Shown one piece after another: positions 1 to 11,888 of a DNA stretch of 64,000 bases (the stretch's first letter is position 1; each line of letters opens with the position of its first letter). The DNA comes from Antechinus flavipes. Taxonomy: Eukaryota. The DNA lies in assembly GCF_016432865.1 (NCBI RefSeq), contig NC_067401.1:36890001-36954000 (forward strand), read 5' to 3'. The notes below the pieces were generated by a model. The model had not been told where the DNA came from. It ran no database searches and saw only the letters and a program-made list of their open reading frames with translations. The translations under genes were made by a program, and so were the position numbers.

Positions 1-129
1 ATTCAGCCTATACCTTTCAGATTCCTGTTTATCTGTGATTCTTTATGGCTTTCCTAATGTTCTCTTTGTATTTAAAAAAAAAAAAAGATTTCTTAGTGGT
101 CCTCTTTTCTTTTACTGTTCTAACTTTAT

Positions 130-960
130 TCCTTTTCCCTCTTAGTTCTCCCCTTTCACCTCCTTGGTGGGGAAAAAAAAAAAAAAGAAAAGAACAAGAT
201 TTTGTAGCAAGTATAGAGACTTAAAGAAAACAAATTTTTCTAGTGGTTGTATCTAAGAATAAAAATTTCATTCTGTATCTTAAATTCTTCATCTTCTTGA
301 CAAAAGGTAGAATATCATCATCCATCCTCTGGAATTGTGGTTATCACAGTGATCAGAGCTCTCAAGCCTTTCAAAGTTATTTTTCTTTATAATATTATTG
401 TGGAAATGGTGCTTTTGATTATGCTCCTTTCATTCTGTCTCAGTTCATATACGACTTGGTAGGTTTTTCTGAACTTTCCATTTGGTTATTTATACAATCG
501 TTTTCCATTTTATGGTGTAATGTACCTTGTTTAACTCTTTCTCACTAGGGCCCCTCCTTAGTTTTTTTATCCTAAAAGAAAGGTGTCTATAAATATTTTT
601 GCACATAGAAGTGGTTTTTTTCTTTCTTTTATTTTTTGTAGTATAGGTCTAGTAGTGATGTTGCTGGGGACAAGTTTTTTGACTTGGGCATCATTCAGAT
701 TGCTTCTTAGCACAGTCGGACCATTTTTTAGCTCTCCCACTAGGCAGTAATGAGCCTGTTTTCGCACAGCACCTTCCAGAATTTATTTTCACTGGGCTCA
801 GAATATGAGGTAGGACTTTAGGATTTCTTTAATTCACATTTTCCCGATCGTTAGTGATTTGGAACATTTTTTTCTTGTTTGTTAATAATGTGGATTTCTT
901 CCTTTGAGAACTTTCCATTCCTGTTCTTTTATTAACTTGTCATTTGGGGAATGGCTCTTA
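130..960 (-). mobile_element. Degenerate L1 3' region (marsupial)
   Basis: Antisense L1-like motifs, e.g. ttagtgatttggaacatttttt and tttgagaac...tcatttggggaatggctc. Boundaries approximate. Confidence 0.55.
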
Positions 961-2041
961 GTTCTAAGAGTCAGGCATACTGGTAAAGAGGAAAAGATTG
1001 CTGATTGTGAGCTGCTGGAGAGAAGATGAAAAGCAAAACCCTGTAAAAAGCAGGCCTGAAAACCTGGCCAAACTGTCTTAGATTTGGTGGTAAACAGCCC
1101 TTCAGAGCATCCCAGCACTGATGGCAATTCTAAGTTATTACAATAAAAGCTGGTAGCTGTAAAATTTTTGGTTTAAGAAGTCACAGGAAGCATTATACTT
1201 TTAGGTAATTTCTCTCAAAAACCATGAAGTTCTGTCCCTCTTTCAGGTTCAGTTTTGGCTTTAGTTTTTTTGGAAAATGGGCTTCCTTGGAGCTTCTGAT
1301 TCCTACTTGAAGTGGGGTACATGAGGCTTCAAGCTGGCTGGGTGCTGGCTCTCAGAGGCTCCAGGAGCACTTTGTTCTGTGCTAGCAGGTGCTTGGAGCC
1401 CACAGGGGGGCAGCACCTTCTTAGCAATCAGAGTCCCTTAGGGAGAGTCCTTGTCTGGGATTTTCTGTGATCCGTGTCCAAGTAGGTATCTTGTTTTAAT
1501 ATTGCTTTGAGTTTAATTTTTAAACATTCACTACCCTCTTTGCAGCTGATAAAACCAAAGCTGAGCTCTGTTCACCCAATTGGCCATTGCCCGTCCCATG
1601 TCTGCAGAGCTCAGGCTGATGTGCTAGCACTTCTTTCCCACGCTGCCTTCACCTGCCGGGCCAGGGGCCAGTGGAGGAGCCAAAAAGCTGTAGCAGTGAC
1701 TGTCACATTTGGTTTAGTGGCATTATTGGTTATGACACAGTGACCTGGGGCCTTATACGTGAGCCTGGGCCGCCAAGGTCAGGCTGTGCAGGGAGGTCAT
1801 TTCTTGTGTTATAACTGCCTGTGGTGTTGCCCTGGTTCAGGTAGACTTAGGTACTAGAGGAAACAGGGACTGCTAGCTTGGGACCCCCCCTAGTTGCTGC
1901 TCCCCACTATAGAAATAGAGTGGAGCCTGTCCTTTTAATGCCTTGTAAACTCATCACAGAATAGAGACCTTTAAGGAACTTGGATCCCAACTCCTTTTCA
2001 GATATGAATTTTCTTTACTGATAGGCTCAAGTTACAGATTA

Positions 2042-2188
2042 TTTTTTTTTCCCCCTGAGGCACTTGGGGCTAAGTGACTTGCCCAGGATCACACAGCTAG
2101 GAAGTGTTAAGTGTCTGAGGCTAAATTTGAACTCAGGTCCTCCTGACTTCAGAGCTGGTGCTCTGTTTCCTGCACCATCTAGTTGCCC
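2042..2188 (-). mobile_element. WSINE1-like tRNA-derived CORE-SINE, near full length
   Basis: Reverse complement gggcaactagatggtgcagg...gagcaccagctctgaagtcaggaggacctgagttcaaat...cacttaacacttcctagctgtgtgatcctgggcaagtcacttagcccc, with an A tail. Confidence 0.85.
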
Positions 2189-2274
2189 TTGTCCATTATA
2201 TTTAGAAGAACATAAATCTACAATGAAGGATTAATGTAAAGTTGGGAGATGAAAAGATAGGTTACCCCATATGC

Positions 2275-3282
2275 TTTTCTTTTTTCTTTTTCTTTTTTTT
2301 TTTTTTTGTACAGTGAATAAGATTAAGTTTATTCAGTTTAATTCACTAGTTTATTGTCCTGTATACAAAGCTATGTAAATGTAAAGCCAAGTGGATCAAG
2401 GACTTGTTCAGGAGACAGGAAGGCCTGGATATTTAAGTGCTGCCTGTAACAGATTTTAGCTGTTGTCCATGGAAAATTCTCTTAGCTTTTCAGTGTTGCT
2501 AGGCATTTCTTTCAGAGTGTAAATTAAAGAGGAGTTGCTGTTCTAGATTGGTGAAGGGAATCTTCACAGTAGAAATTACCCAGAGAAATGCAAGAGTAGG
2601 TCTGGACTGAAACAAATATATTCAAGGCCCTGTGCTATGTTTTAATTCCATTACACTTAGCATTATTATTTTCCTAGGGTAAATAGTTTTCACAGGATGG
2701 TGGGTATTTTATAGCATATGATGACATATGATGATTTTCCTTCTGGCTATTGTTTTTTCAGGATTTTCCCTGTCCCATTAAAGTATTTGTTCCTGGATCT
2801 CTTGCATGAAAGAATCCCTTTAAAGAGCTTACTCCTTTGAGGTAAACATTCCCAGGATTCCCTGGTTTTCTCTGTAGCCTTTTCGAAGTTGTTCAAGGCT
2901 GAACCCTGTGTTTTGTTCCTCCTCGAGATTTGCCTTTGAAAACCATCTTTTCTTTTCCTCCCCCTCAGACTGTTAATAACACTGAAAAGTTGCCTTCTCA
3001 ATTGTTGCAATTTCTATTACCAAGATAGACTTAAAATTTTCTGCTTCTGATTGGTGCTGAGACTCAGGGTTGCCACCTGCGACCAGTTTGGTGTTCTTTT
3101 CTTCTTGTTTCAATAGGCCTCTTTTTTGCTAGAAACCCATTTTCTGCAGTGTTTTTCTTTGAGTACTGGTTACCTTTATACAACATCTTGAGAAGTAGAA
3201 TGAGCCCTGTGTATCTTCTTTCCTTAAGATGATTCCTTAGGGGTTTCAGTGGTATTTCCTTTCAGGATTTGTTTGAGGAGTT
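2275..3282 (-). pseudogene. Candidate processed retrocopy of an unidentified polyadenylated transcript
   Basis: T-rich tract 2275-2307. Minus-strand AATAAA at 2334-2329 lies 21 nt from the tail, with a second at 2355-2350. Upstream is a stop-interrupted protein-like frame. The 5' boundary is uncertain. Confidence 0.5.
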
Positions 3283-3594
3283 AATAAATGATGAAGTACT
3301 CAATAAATGACGTGAATCACTTTCTGTTTTCTAAAATGATTTTTATTAATCTGCCTTCAGTGTCCTGGTGAGAGATTTCCTAATGCTTAGAGGATAGTCC
3401 CTTAAAATTGGAGTTAAGTAACAGCCCACTGGACTTATCTCAATTGTTTTTGCTTAGCAGTTCAATTACTGTAATTTCTATTTTTCCTGAAGATATAACG
3501 TATGAATAAATGCCCAGAAGGGATATACTGTGTCTTTTTATTCAGCATATTAAAATCTATGAATAAAATATATGAACTGAAGGAAAGCCATCTT

Positions 3595-4140
3595 TTTTAA
3601 AATTTATTTTTATCATAATTTATTTACTTTTGCTTATGTTTTTAAGTTTTTTGAACTATTTCCCTTCCTATCCATTCACTATGCAACAGAGAATACTACC
3701 ATTTGTGTGTGTGTACTTATATGTTAAAAACCGTGTTATGCAAACTATCAGTTCTTTTTCCCTGTGTATCTTTCTTCATAGGTCCTTTATAGTTTTTTAT
3801 TCACAGTTATTCTTTGTATAGTATTATTGTTACTTTATGCAGTAGTTTCTCATTCTGCTTGTTTTATTTTTAATTATTTTAAGCAAGTGTTTGTGTTTTT
3901 CTAAAAGCAACTTAACTCATTTCTTACAGCACAGTAGTATTCTATCATAATCATATGCTGTCACTTGTATAGCCATTGCCCAATTGATGGACATCCCTTC
4001 AATTTTTAGTTCTTTGCTATCACCACAAAGGCATGTTTTTGTTACTTGATTGGCAGAATTTCATGTTGCTTTCCTGAATGGTTCTACTAATTCACAGCTC
4101 CAGGAACAATGCATTAGTAGTGTTGTCTTTCCATAACCCC
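3595..4140 (-). mobile_element. Degenerate L1 3' fragment
   Basis: gccattgcccaattgatggacatcccttcaatttttagttctttgctatcacc and tcacagctccaggaacaatgcattag are typical antisense L1 motifs. Confidence 0.65.
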
Positions 4141-4445
4141 TTTGGTGTCGACTGTTCCCATCTTTTGTGATTTTTGCTTTTTGCAGGATTGTTTTCCTTT
4201 ACCATTTCATAGCATTCCTGATCCTGTTAATATGGGGCAAATGCTGTCCTTTTACATTCTTCTTTTGTTTTTATCTTTCATAGAGGCCTTTTATGTTGGT
4301 GGGAGTCTCATACCTATCTTAGACCTTTTAGACAATTCTGTCCTTTTTTCTTCCTCTTGCAATCTTTGTGTCTTCAGAATTTCGGTTATGAAAGTTTCCC
4401 AGCTCTCCTCAGCTGACTTCTGTACAGGTTTTAGGCTATGAATTC
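4141..4445 (-). mobile_element. L3/CR1 ORF2 fragment
   Basis: The minus strand reads KSAEESWETFITEILKTQ (aagtcagctgaggagagctgggaaact...gaaattctgaagacacaaag), resembling the CR1/L3 linker after the endonuclease domain. Confidence 0.6.
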
Positions 4446-6077
4446 CCCACTAACTTTTCTCTGTAATCTTTCAGATCAGCTAGCCTAAGCTTTGTAATAC
4501 ATGTTAATTTATGCCTAGCTTTTTTTCTATCACAAATTCCAGGAAAGGTCACGTTAAATTCCTTTCCCTTGGAACCAGTTTTTTCTTTTTGATAAGATCA
4601 GATCCTGAATAGAATTTCCCCTTGTCTGTTCATTTATCTTTTGTAATTAGGCAAATAAAGGAATTATTGCTGCAGGCATTGTTTATTGCTATCTCTGGGT
4701 GGAAATGATGATGGATCATCATGTTTATAAATGTTAATAAATACTAGACTGAATAGACATAAGCACAAAAGGTGGCATGCCCCTGAAGGTCATTGCTGAA
4801 AATAGACCTGGTCAGTAGGGGAAGCTATTGGACTGGAAAGTGTCATTGTGACCACAGCAATAAGAGAATCTGCATGCAAGAATGGAAACTGGTTAAGCTT
4901 TCAGCAATGCATCTGAATTTAAGAAAGGGGCCAATGTAGATGGTGCAGCATGTCCAGGTTTTCTCTTACTCCCATGTTGGATAACAGAATTTCTTTTCTT
5001 TCTGACTCACCTGCCTCCTGGTTCAGCATGAAAGAAAAATGAAGGTCAGATCTATGTCTCTTGGCTTCCTGCATATGGAGGGAGGCTCATCAATCAGATT
5101 TTATGGCTGAAGAGTGAGTCTTGTTCTTTCACTGCTGCCACAAAAGGATTATCTCTGAAAGAATGATGTGTAGTAGAAGAATACATTTTTCTTCTCATAT
5201 AAATCTCTAAGTCACCTTTGCCAGGAAGTAATATCAAAGGTTCTTTGACTTTAGCTTTTCCCATTTAAACTGAATTTGAATGTATTAGCCCTTCCTTCAC
5301 ACACTGGTTTCCTTTTCTTATTTGTACAGATGGTTTGTAGCAGTTAAAATTTCTGTAAAAAATTCTGAAGGCAAATTAACCAAAAGAAATCTGAGCCTAG
5401 CTTTGTGTTTACTGATATTTTATTATATATAGCATAGTCAGCTAAGATATGATTCCTTTGTAAATATTAATTAATTGTAACAAATAACAGTTTTATCTTT
5501 GGAAATACAGTTTTATCTTTTTACCTTTCATCTTTGGAAAATCGAATGAGAAATATTCTGTTAACTGAGCCAGGAAAAGAATCTGTCGATCCACAATTGA
5601 TTAAATATGTTCCTGTACTAGTGATGAATATTAATGATTAGGATGGATCACAGTTTTAAAGTACTTAGAATAATTGAGAGAGAGAATGGACAAATATATC
5701 TTGCTTTATATGATAGATACGTTCCTGAAGAGTTAGATGTATAAAATTTTGGCAAATTAAATGATTTAAATGTTCTAGAGAAATTCACTGTTTAAAAAAA
5801 CCCTGGAATAAATCATTTTATGAAGCAAAAGTATCTTTTGTAATGACAAAAAACTACTACCTTTATCAAGATTTTTTTACAGTAAAGTCTAGCCTCTCTG
5901 ATCTTCCTAAGAAAGGTAAGTGGTTCACTTGGTTATAGTATTAGCTACAGGTCACACACAGTAATTGGAGCCATATAGTCAGAATAGTATGATCTTTGTG
6001 GGAGAGAGAGATCAATCCTTTATGCTGGTGGATTGGTAGGCAAGGAATTAATGGAATTGAAAAAAGGATTTCCTTGT

Positions 6078-6255
6078 AGATTTAGAGCTGGAAGACACCT
6101 TCAAGACTTCTGAGTTCAACATGTCATTTTAACAATGAGGAAACTGAGGCACTGGGCAGTGAATGATTTGTCTTGTGTCACACAGTTGGTGAAGTGTCTG
6201 AAGCAGGATTTGAACCCCTCAGTATTTCTGACTCCAAGGCCAATGTCCTCCTAAA
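6078..6255 (-). mobile_element. MIR SINE
   Basis: cattttaacaatgaggaaactgaggcact...gtcacacag...caggatttgaaccc...tctgactccaag (MIR core). Confidence 0.75.
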
Positions 6256-7764
6256 CTGAACAGAAGGGTCCCTTAATCTGGACTTATATTCACAAGTGGC
6301 ATGTATATTATTTCTGCTAAGCGCTGTGTTGTGCTGTGTTTTCTTTGTGTAGAGATCAGTGAGGATGAGAATATTAGGGATGGGCTGACAGGTAACTGGA
6401 GATAAAAGCAAGTAGGGTGGTGTTAGCTTTGGGAGTTTGGAAGATCCTGGTTAAGTTTATCCTTGATTGGGATGGGGGGAAAAGGGAAAGCAGAGGAACA
6501 TCTTGATTACTTCTAGAATCAGTTAGCTTTAGAGTAGGAATCTCTTTCCTTTGTGTTTTATCTTTTCCTTTAGATTATATATACTTTTTCCTCTTTCCTT
6601 GTTTTAAGTAGTAAGCAAAAACTGCCTTTTAAACAACTGAACATATGCTCATTAGCTCTATTCTATACTTGGTTTAATTTTCAATTAGCTTTTGTTAATA
6701 GAGGAATTTAATTGCTCATCTTGTTCAGCATCCAATACTTTTCTGCCCTTCCCACTTGGATTTCCCAGGTCTACTCTTTTTGCCTCCCAAAACAGAGGCT
6801 AATCTCAGGTGCTTTGGAAATAAAAAAAAAAAAAAGATTTAGTCTGGTAGAAATGGTAAAGACCCTATTTGTCTCCATTTTTGCAGATTTTGTGATGGTC
6901 CCATTAGTAGGTCTCTGGCAGCTAGTGATGACTTAGTGATGATTCAAAGCAGGGATACAGTCCTCCAAATTGCTAGCTTTGGGCCTTGTAGCTATAGTTT
7001 GATCATGATTTTTTCCTGTGTAGGGAGTAGAATAATTTCTCTTGTTGGTAAGATATAACAGGGAGACGAGGGAGGTCAGCTCAGAGAATGACAATGAAGA
7101 AATTTTTCCTGTTCCACAGTTTGTGTCATGCTTCTGATAAATTTTTCCATATTCTTAACACAAAGATATGGCACCTTCCAGTGAATGTATTGTCTAGCAG
7201 TCAGAAAAGGCTCTGTGATGAGTACAGCCTCAGTCCTAGATGCTGTCATATGACAGAGACTAGAGACCTCTATTTTGTTCAGATCTCATCTTTTACTAAA
7301 TGATGCTGACATTTTCAGTTTGCAGATTACCCAGATGGCAATGATAGCATTCTATTTGTAGGATCATTGTTCTGTCTCTAGGAATGATGTTGGCATAGAT
7401 AGCTTGTGTATAATATTTAAAATGCCATAAATGCAAAAAGGTATTCAAATTATATGGCTTCTTTGAAAATTCTGAAGCTTAGGGGATCTACAAATTATTT
7501 AGTTAATATTGTTATTAATGTTGATAATCCAAGTATTTTGAATTTTTCTTCCATAATAAGTAATCTGTCAAATCTTATTGGCTAGTGACTTGAGCAAAGA
7601 ATTGAATTAAGAGTCTGTTCAGTATATACACAAAGAGATTTAAAATGTCTTCTAAGAATTTAAGAGATGCAAGACACTGAAGACTCAATGAGATAGGATT
7701 GACTCTGTCTTCATGAAGCTTAATTCTAATGGAATTTTTAAAAACATGTAAAAACTCATAAAAG

Positions 7765-8000
7765 AAGCAGTTGGCATAGTGATAGAGCGCTGGGACCTAT
7801 GTTGGAAGACCTGAGTTCAAATCCTGCCTCATGTACTTCCTGACTCTTTGATGCCAGACAAACCACATAATCTGCTTGCCTCAGTTTTCATACCTGTAAA
7901 ATGGAAACAATAGAATCAATTTTGCTAGCTTATTATAAGGATCAAATGAAATCATACAGGTAAAGCTTCAAAAGTGCCATGTAAATGCTAATTATTTTTA
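7765..8000 (+). mobile_element. MIR SINE
   Basis: gaagacctgagttcaaatcctgcctc...gcctcagttttcatacctgtaaaatgg...aggatcaaatga. Confidence 0.75.
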
Positions 8001-8730
8001 TTAGAGATTGTAAGAAGTGTAAGGGAAAGGCCCAAAGTTCTAGAAGTAATTTTAAGAGGGAAAAATCATTTCATTTTGGGGGTTGGTTAATGGAGGAGAA
8101 GGAAGCATATAAGTTAGACTGTAAAGCAAAGGCTTGACTTTGGGGCATAGGATGCTCAGGGGAAATCGAGGCATAGAGATAGAAAATTAGGTTGATGTGG
8201 TTGTTCTTGGCTTGAAGGTCAAGGAAGGAGGTGGTATGAAAAGTTAATGTATTTAAAAGGATTTGATCAATGGACTTTGTCAGTTTCATGGCATTACATA
8301 ATAGATTCTGTATCTTTGAAATTCACTGTGTTTTTAATCAACATTTGTACTTTCTGACCATATGAAAAAGAATTTTTATAAGTAACTTTGAATTCATTTA
8401 AAAGTGTTACTCTTTTGTTATTTGGACTGTGCTTTAGATTATTTTAATGTTAGATTGCCTGGCTGCAAGAAAGCTTTTTCTTTTGAATGATAGCTATACT
8501 CACTGTTTCTGCAAACTGTAATATGTAATGTAAAAAATGTAATAGCAATGATTTATCATGACTTTGGTGTACTTTGGTATAATTTGCCTGTAGTTTCTTG
8601 CTCCTTTTGTGGAGTGTTCAGTGAAAGTTATGAGTCAGGGTTTCCATGATGATCTAAAAGTTTGATAGATGGTGCATGAGCTGTACTACCCTTAGTGATC
8701 CAAATTCACTCTCGCTTTTCTTTTTTCTAG

Positions 8731-8921
8731 GTGGTTGCTAATGCTGTGGCAGCCTTATCAGAAATCAGTGAGTCTCACCCAAATAGCAACCTGCTCGATC
8801 TGAACCCTCAGAACATTAATAAGCTGTTAACAGCCCTGAATGAGTGCACCGAATGGGGCCAAATCTTCATCTTAGACTGCCTGTCCAATTACAACCCCAA
8901 GGATGATCGGGAGGCTCAGAG
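8731..8921 (+). CDS. AP2B1: AP2B1 coding exon (~exon 6), 191 nt, [15 protein letters not shown]...DDREAQ(S)
   Basis: Acceptor ttttttctag|GTG; donor CAGAG|gtgagt. Translation matches the adaptin N-terminal trunk. Confidence 0.97.
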
Positions 8922-10863
8922 GTGAGTCTCCTGACCCAGAACATGGTGGCCGGGGAGAGGGGGGGGAGGAAATGTTCCTGTCTAAGCACATGACTGATGA
9001 GTTTGTCTCAGTGTCTGTCTGTGTGCACAAGGAAGATCTCATTACTCTGATGAAGGTGTGAATGTGCACCTTAATAGAGATTAAATTCCAGTGGTCTTAG
9101 TAAGGCAGATCTTATCCTCAGAATTTTATCTCTGGATTTATGGAAATTGAGACATTGCTAGTTATTAGAGTGTTCTAGACAAGAGAGTTCTCCAGAGGCT
9201 TGTGCTGGTTACAGCAGCCCAGTTTCCCTCTGCTGTAAATTCATAGGCTCTTAGATTTAGATTTGGAAGGAAGCTCAGGGGCTATTTTATAGATGGAAAA
9301 CAGACTGAGGCCAAGGAGTGGATGAGAGAGAGTGTCAGAGAAGGGAATTGAATCTGGACTGAGAATCTAAAGCCCTCCAGCATATTGCTGCCACCACCAT
9401 CGGCTCCTTGTCTTCCATGTTTCATCTCTGATGTTCTGAGAGACTTGAGGCCGAGGCCTTCTCTGACAGTGGGAGTGCCTGTTTGTGGTTTGTCTTCCCA
9501 TCTTCCGTGCTAAGCCTCTGGTCAGTCTTTAATCAGTACTTAAAGGATCCAACATTCTGTGTCCTAGACAGTTACTTCCTCCTTTAGGGGTGTAAGTGAG
9601 CAGAAAATGTGGGGTTTTCCAATTAGCCACTGAAGCCTATGCCTCTGAGTTAGACCTTGGGATATTTTGTTTCTGTCTAAGAAGTGACCATGATTTGGGA
9701 CTAATAGTTGCTACTAAACTAGTTCTCCAGGCCATTTTGTGGCTACAGAGGTTCTTGGCTTTCAAGACTAGACAGGGAAATTTTATTTCTCTTTAGGTAT
9801 ATATGTAGCTTGACAGGAAACCTATGTCAGTTTGTATAGAACTTGGTATTCAATTTATGTTCTTCAGTGCCTTCTTTATGTCCCTGTGCTAAATCTTCTT
9901 AGGAGTTCAAAGATAGTGATGTTAATAGAGTTGGTCACCTACTGCAGAAGATGATTGGGTCCCTAACTAGCATAGTAGCAGTGCCTTCACTGACTGGAAC
10001 ATTGTTCTCTAGTTCTAGACTTGAGAAGCCCCCAGATGTGTAACTGGGACTCTGCTAGCTCTTTGGTTTCATAAATAGCATATGACTCTTCCTGGGAAAA
10101 AACAGAGCTATAATTTCCGATTTCCTCATGACCTCTAAGGTCTCATAGCATCACCCCTTTGTCATGTGCCCTGAAGTGCAGCAAGGTTGGGTGGCTAACT
10201 TGGGATTCCTGTAAATCATGCAGAATCTTCAACTGAGAGTTGATTCTAGATTTCTTTGGAATTTTCTAAAGGAATCTGAGAAGTAGGGAAGTGGGGTGTG
10301 TGCGTGCATGTGTGTGTGTATGTGTGTGTTGATGTTTTTTCCTTAAAAGATTCTCAGTTCCTCAGTACTTTGGAAGTTTTTTTGCCAGAATCAGAGAGGG
10401 TAGCTCGTCAGCCCATTCTTCTTAACCCAGTTTTTCCATGATCTCATGGTGAGACTTTCATTCACAGATTGATTTTTCTTCACTGTGGAAACAGCTAGTA
10501 GATTGACCCATTTACCTATCAGTTTGACTTCCCTTAGGCCAAAGAGAGATGGGCCATAAGGCTGGGCAGAGCAGACAAAAAGATCAAGGCAGTGTGCAAC
10601 GTACAGGGTATGAGTGCCCATTGGGTAGTTTTCCAACTCTGTAAGTTGTCTTATTTAACTTTCTGGATTCTGTTCTTCTTAGAGTTTGCTGAGAATGAGA
10701 CTTATACTCTGCATGATCCTGGTCTTACCTAAGCATAAAGCTTTGATTTCTCTGATCTCTAATTCCTGATCCCTGGGTTGTATGACCTTGACTTACAGCC
10801 TTGGAAAGGTTTTTGGGGAAAAGAGTGAAAGGTAAAGGCATGGACTTTGCTTTTTTTCCTCAG

Positions 10864-11085
10864 TATCTGTGAGCGGGTGACTCCTAGGCTCTCTCATGCC
10901 AACTCGGCTGTGGTTCTGTCAGCTGTGAAAGTCCTGATGAAGTTCTTGGAGTTACTGCCCAAAGACTCGGACTACTACAACATGTTGCTGAGGAAGCTGG
11001 CTCCCCCCCTGGTAACTCTGCTCTCCGGGGAGCCCGAGGTGCAGTACGTCGCCCTGAGGAACATCAACCTCATTGTACAGAAAAG
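10864..11085 (+). CDS. AP2B1: AP2B1 coding exon (~exon 7), 222 nt, (S)[11 protein letters not shown]...NINLIVQK(R)
   Basis: Acceptor ttttttcctcag|T; donor AAAAG|gtggat. Phase 2 at both ends, consistent with neighbouring exons. Confidence 0.97.
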
Positions 11086-11558
11086 GTGGATTTCTTTACT
11101 TTACCATCTTGTCTTAATACTAGTTTTGGTCACCTGTAATTGGCTGCTCTTATTACATTCTCTTAAATAGATGTGTGAAGGTGACCTTTAGTTGATGGTG
11201 TTATTCAGAGTTCAAAGGCAGACAGTTGATTTTGAGATGTTCCTTATATTTTGAAGAGATCACATAGCTTGGGACAGAGGGCATTGTGTCTATTGAAACG
11301 GGTCTGTTTTACTTCTTAGCTAGGGCTTGCTCGCTTACAAGGAAGCCATGTTACAATCTGGTGTGGGGAGGGCAGCGTTTGGTATTGTCTGCCCGGAAAG
11401 AAGTGGGCCACTGTGCAAAAGTAACCATGATGGGTGATGAGAGCCAAATAAAACCTTGTTTGAAGGGGGAGAATGTCCAACAGCCATAGAAAAATGTGAA
11501 AAGAAAAACTTGTCAAAGAAGTCTGTTTGCCTTATCTGTTTTGCCTTTTGTTTTCCAG

Positions 11559-11679
11559 GCCTGAAATCTTAAAACAAGAGATCAAAGTCTTCTTCGTGAA
11601 GTACAACGACCCCATATATGTCAAATTGGAAAAGCTCGACATCATGATCCGTTTGGCGTCCCAAGCCAACATTGCCCAG
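11559..11679 (+). CDS. AP2B1: AP2B1 coding exon (~exon 8), 121 nt, (R)PEILKQEIKVFFVKYND...QANIAQ
   Basis: Acceptor ttgttttccag|G; donor CAG|gtcaga. Confidence 0.97.
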
Positions 11680-11792
11680 GTCAGACAAGAAGACACTGTT
11701 ATCTTTCAAGGATTAGACTCAATTTAACATATGTTTAGAAATTACTTGCAGAGAGTTCTTAATAACTTTCAGACTCTTGTGATTTTTAATAG

Positions 11793-11888
11793 GTCCTGGC
11801 AGAGCTAAAGGAATATGCCACTGAGGTAGACGTTGATTTTGTCCGTAAGGCTGTGCGAGCCATTGGTCGATGTGCCATTAAAGTTGAG
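11793..11888 (+). CDS. AP2B1: AP2B1 coding exon (~exon 9), 96 nt, [32 protein letters not shown]; not in ORF track
   Basis: Acceptor tttttaatag|GTC; non-canonical donor GAG|gcaagt. Only this GC site keeps the frame into QSAERC. Confidence 0.95.

Noticed and set aside
1397-1416. CTCF-like motif cccacaggggggcagca
   Set aside because: It mismatches at core positions and lies in what resembles an old L1 5' region. Not supportable without ChIP data.
5487-5521. Small tandem duplications (acagttttatcttt x2 here, catatgatga x2 near 2715, aataacaaggag x2 near 24159)
   Set aside because: Ordinary slippage events with no functional signal.
8986-9072. Hammerhead ribozyme or C/D snoRNA-like pattern: CTGATGA at 8994 and 9047, each followed by a short hairpin, with gcacat/atgtgc terminal complementarity
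   Set aside because: The required GAAA after stem II is absent in both cases, and box C lacks the leading purine. Most likely chance; an Infernal/Rfam scan would settle it.
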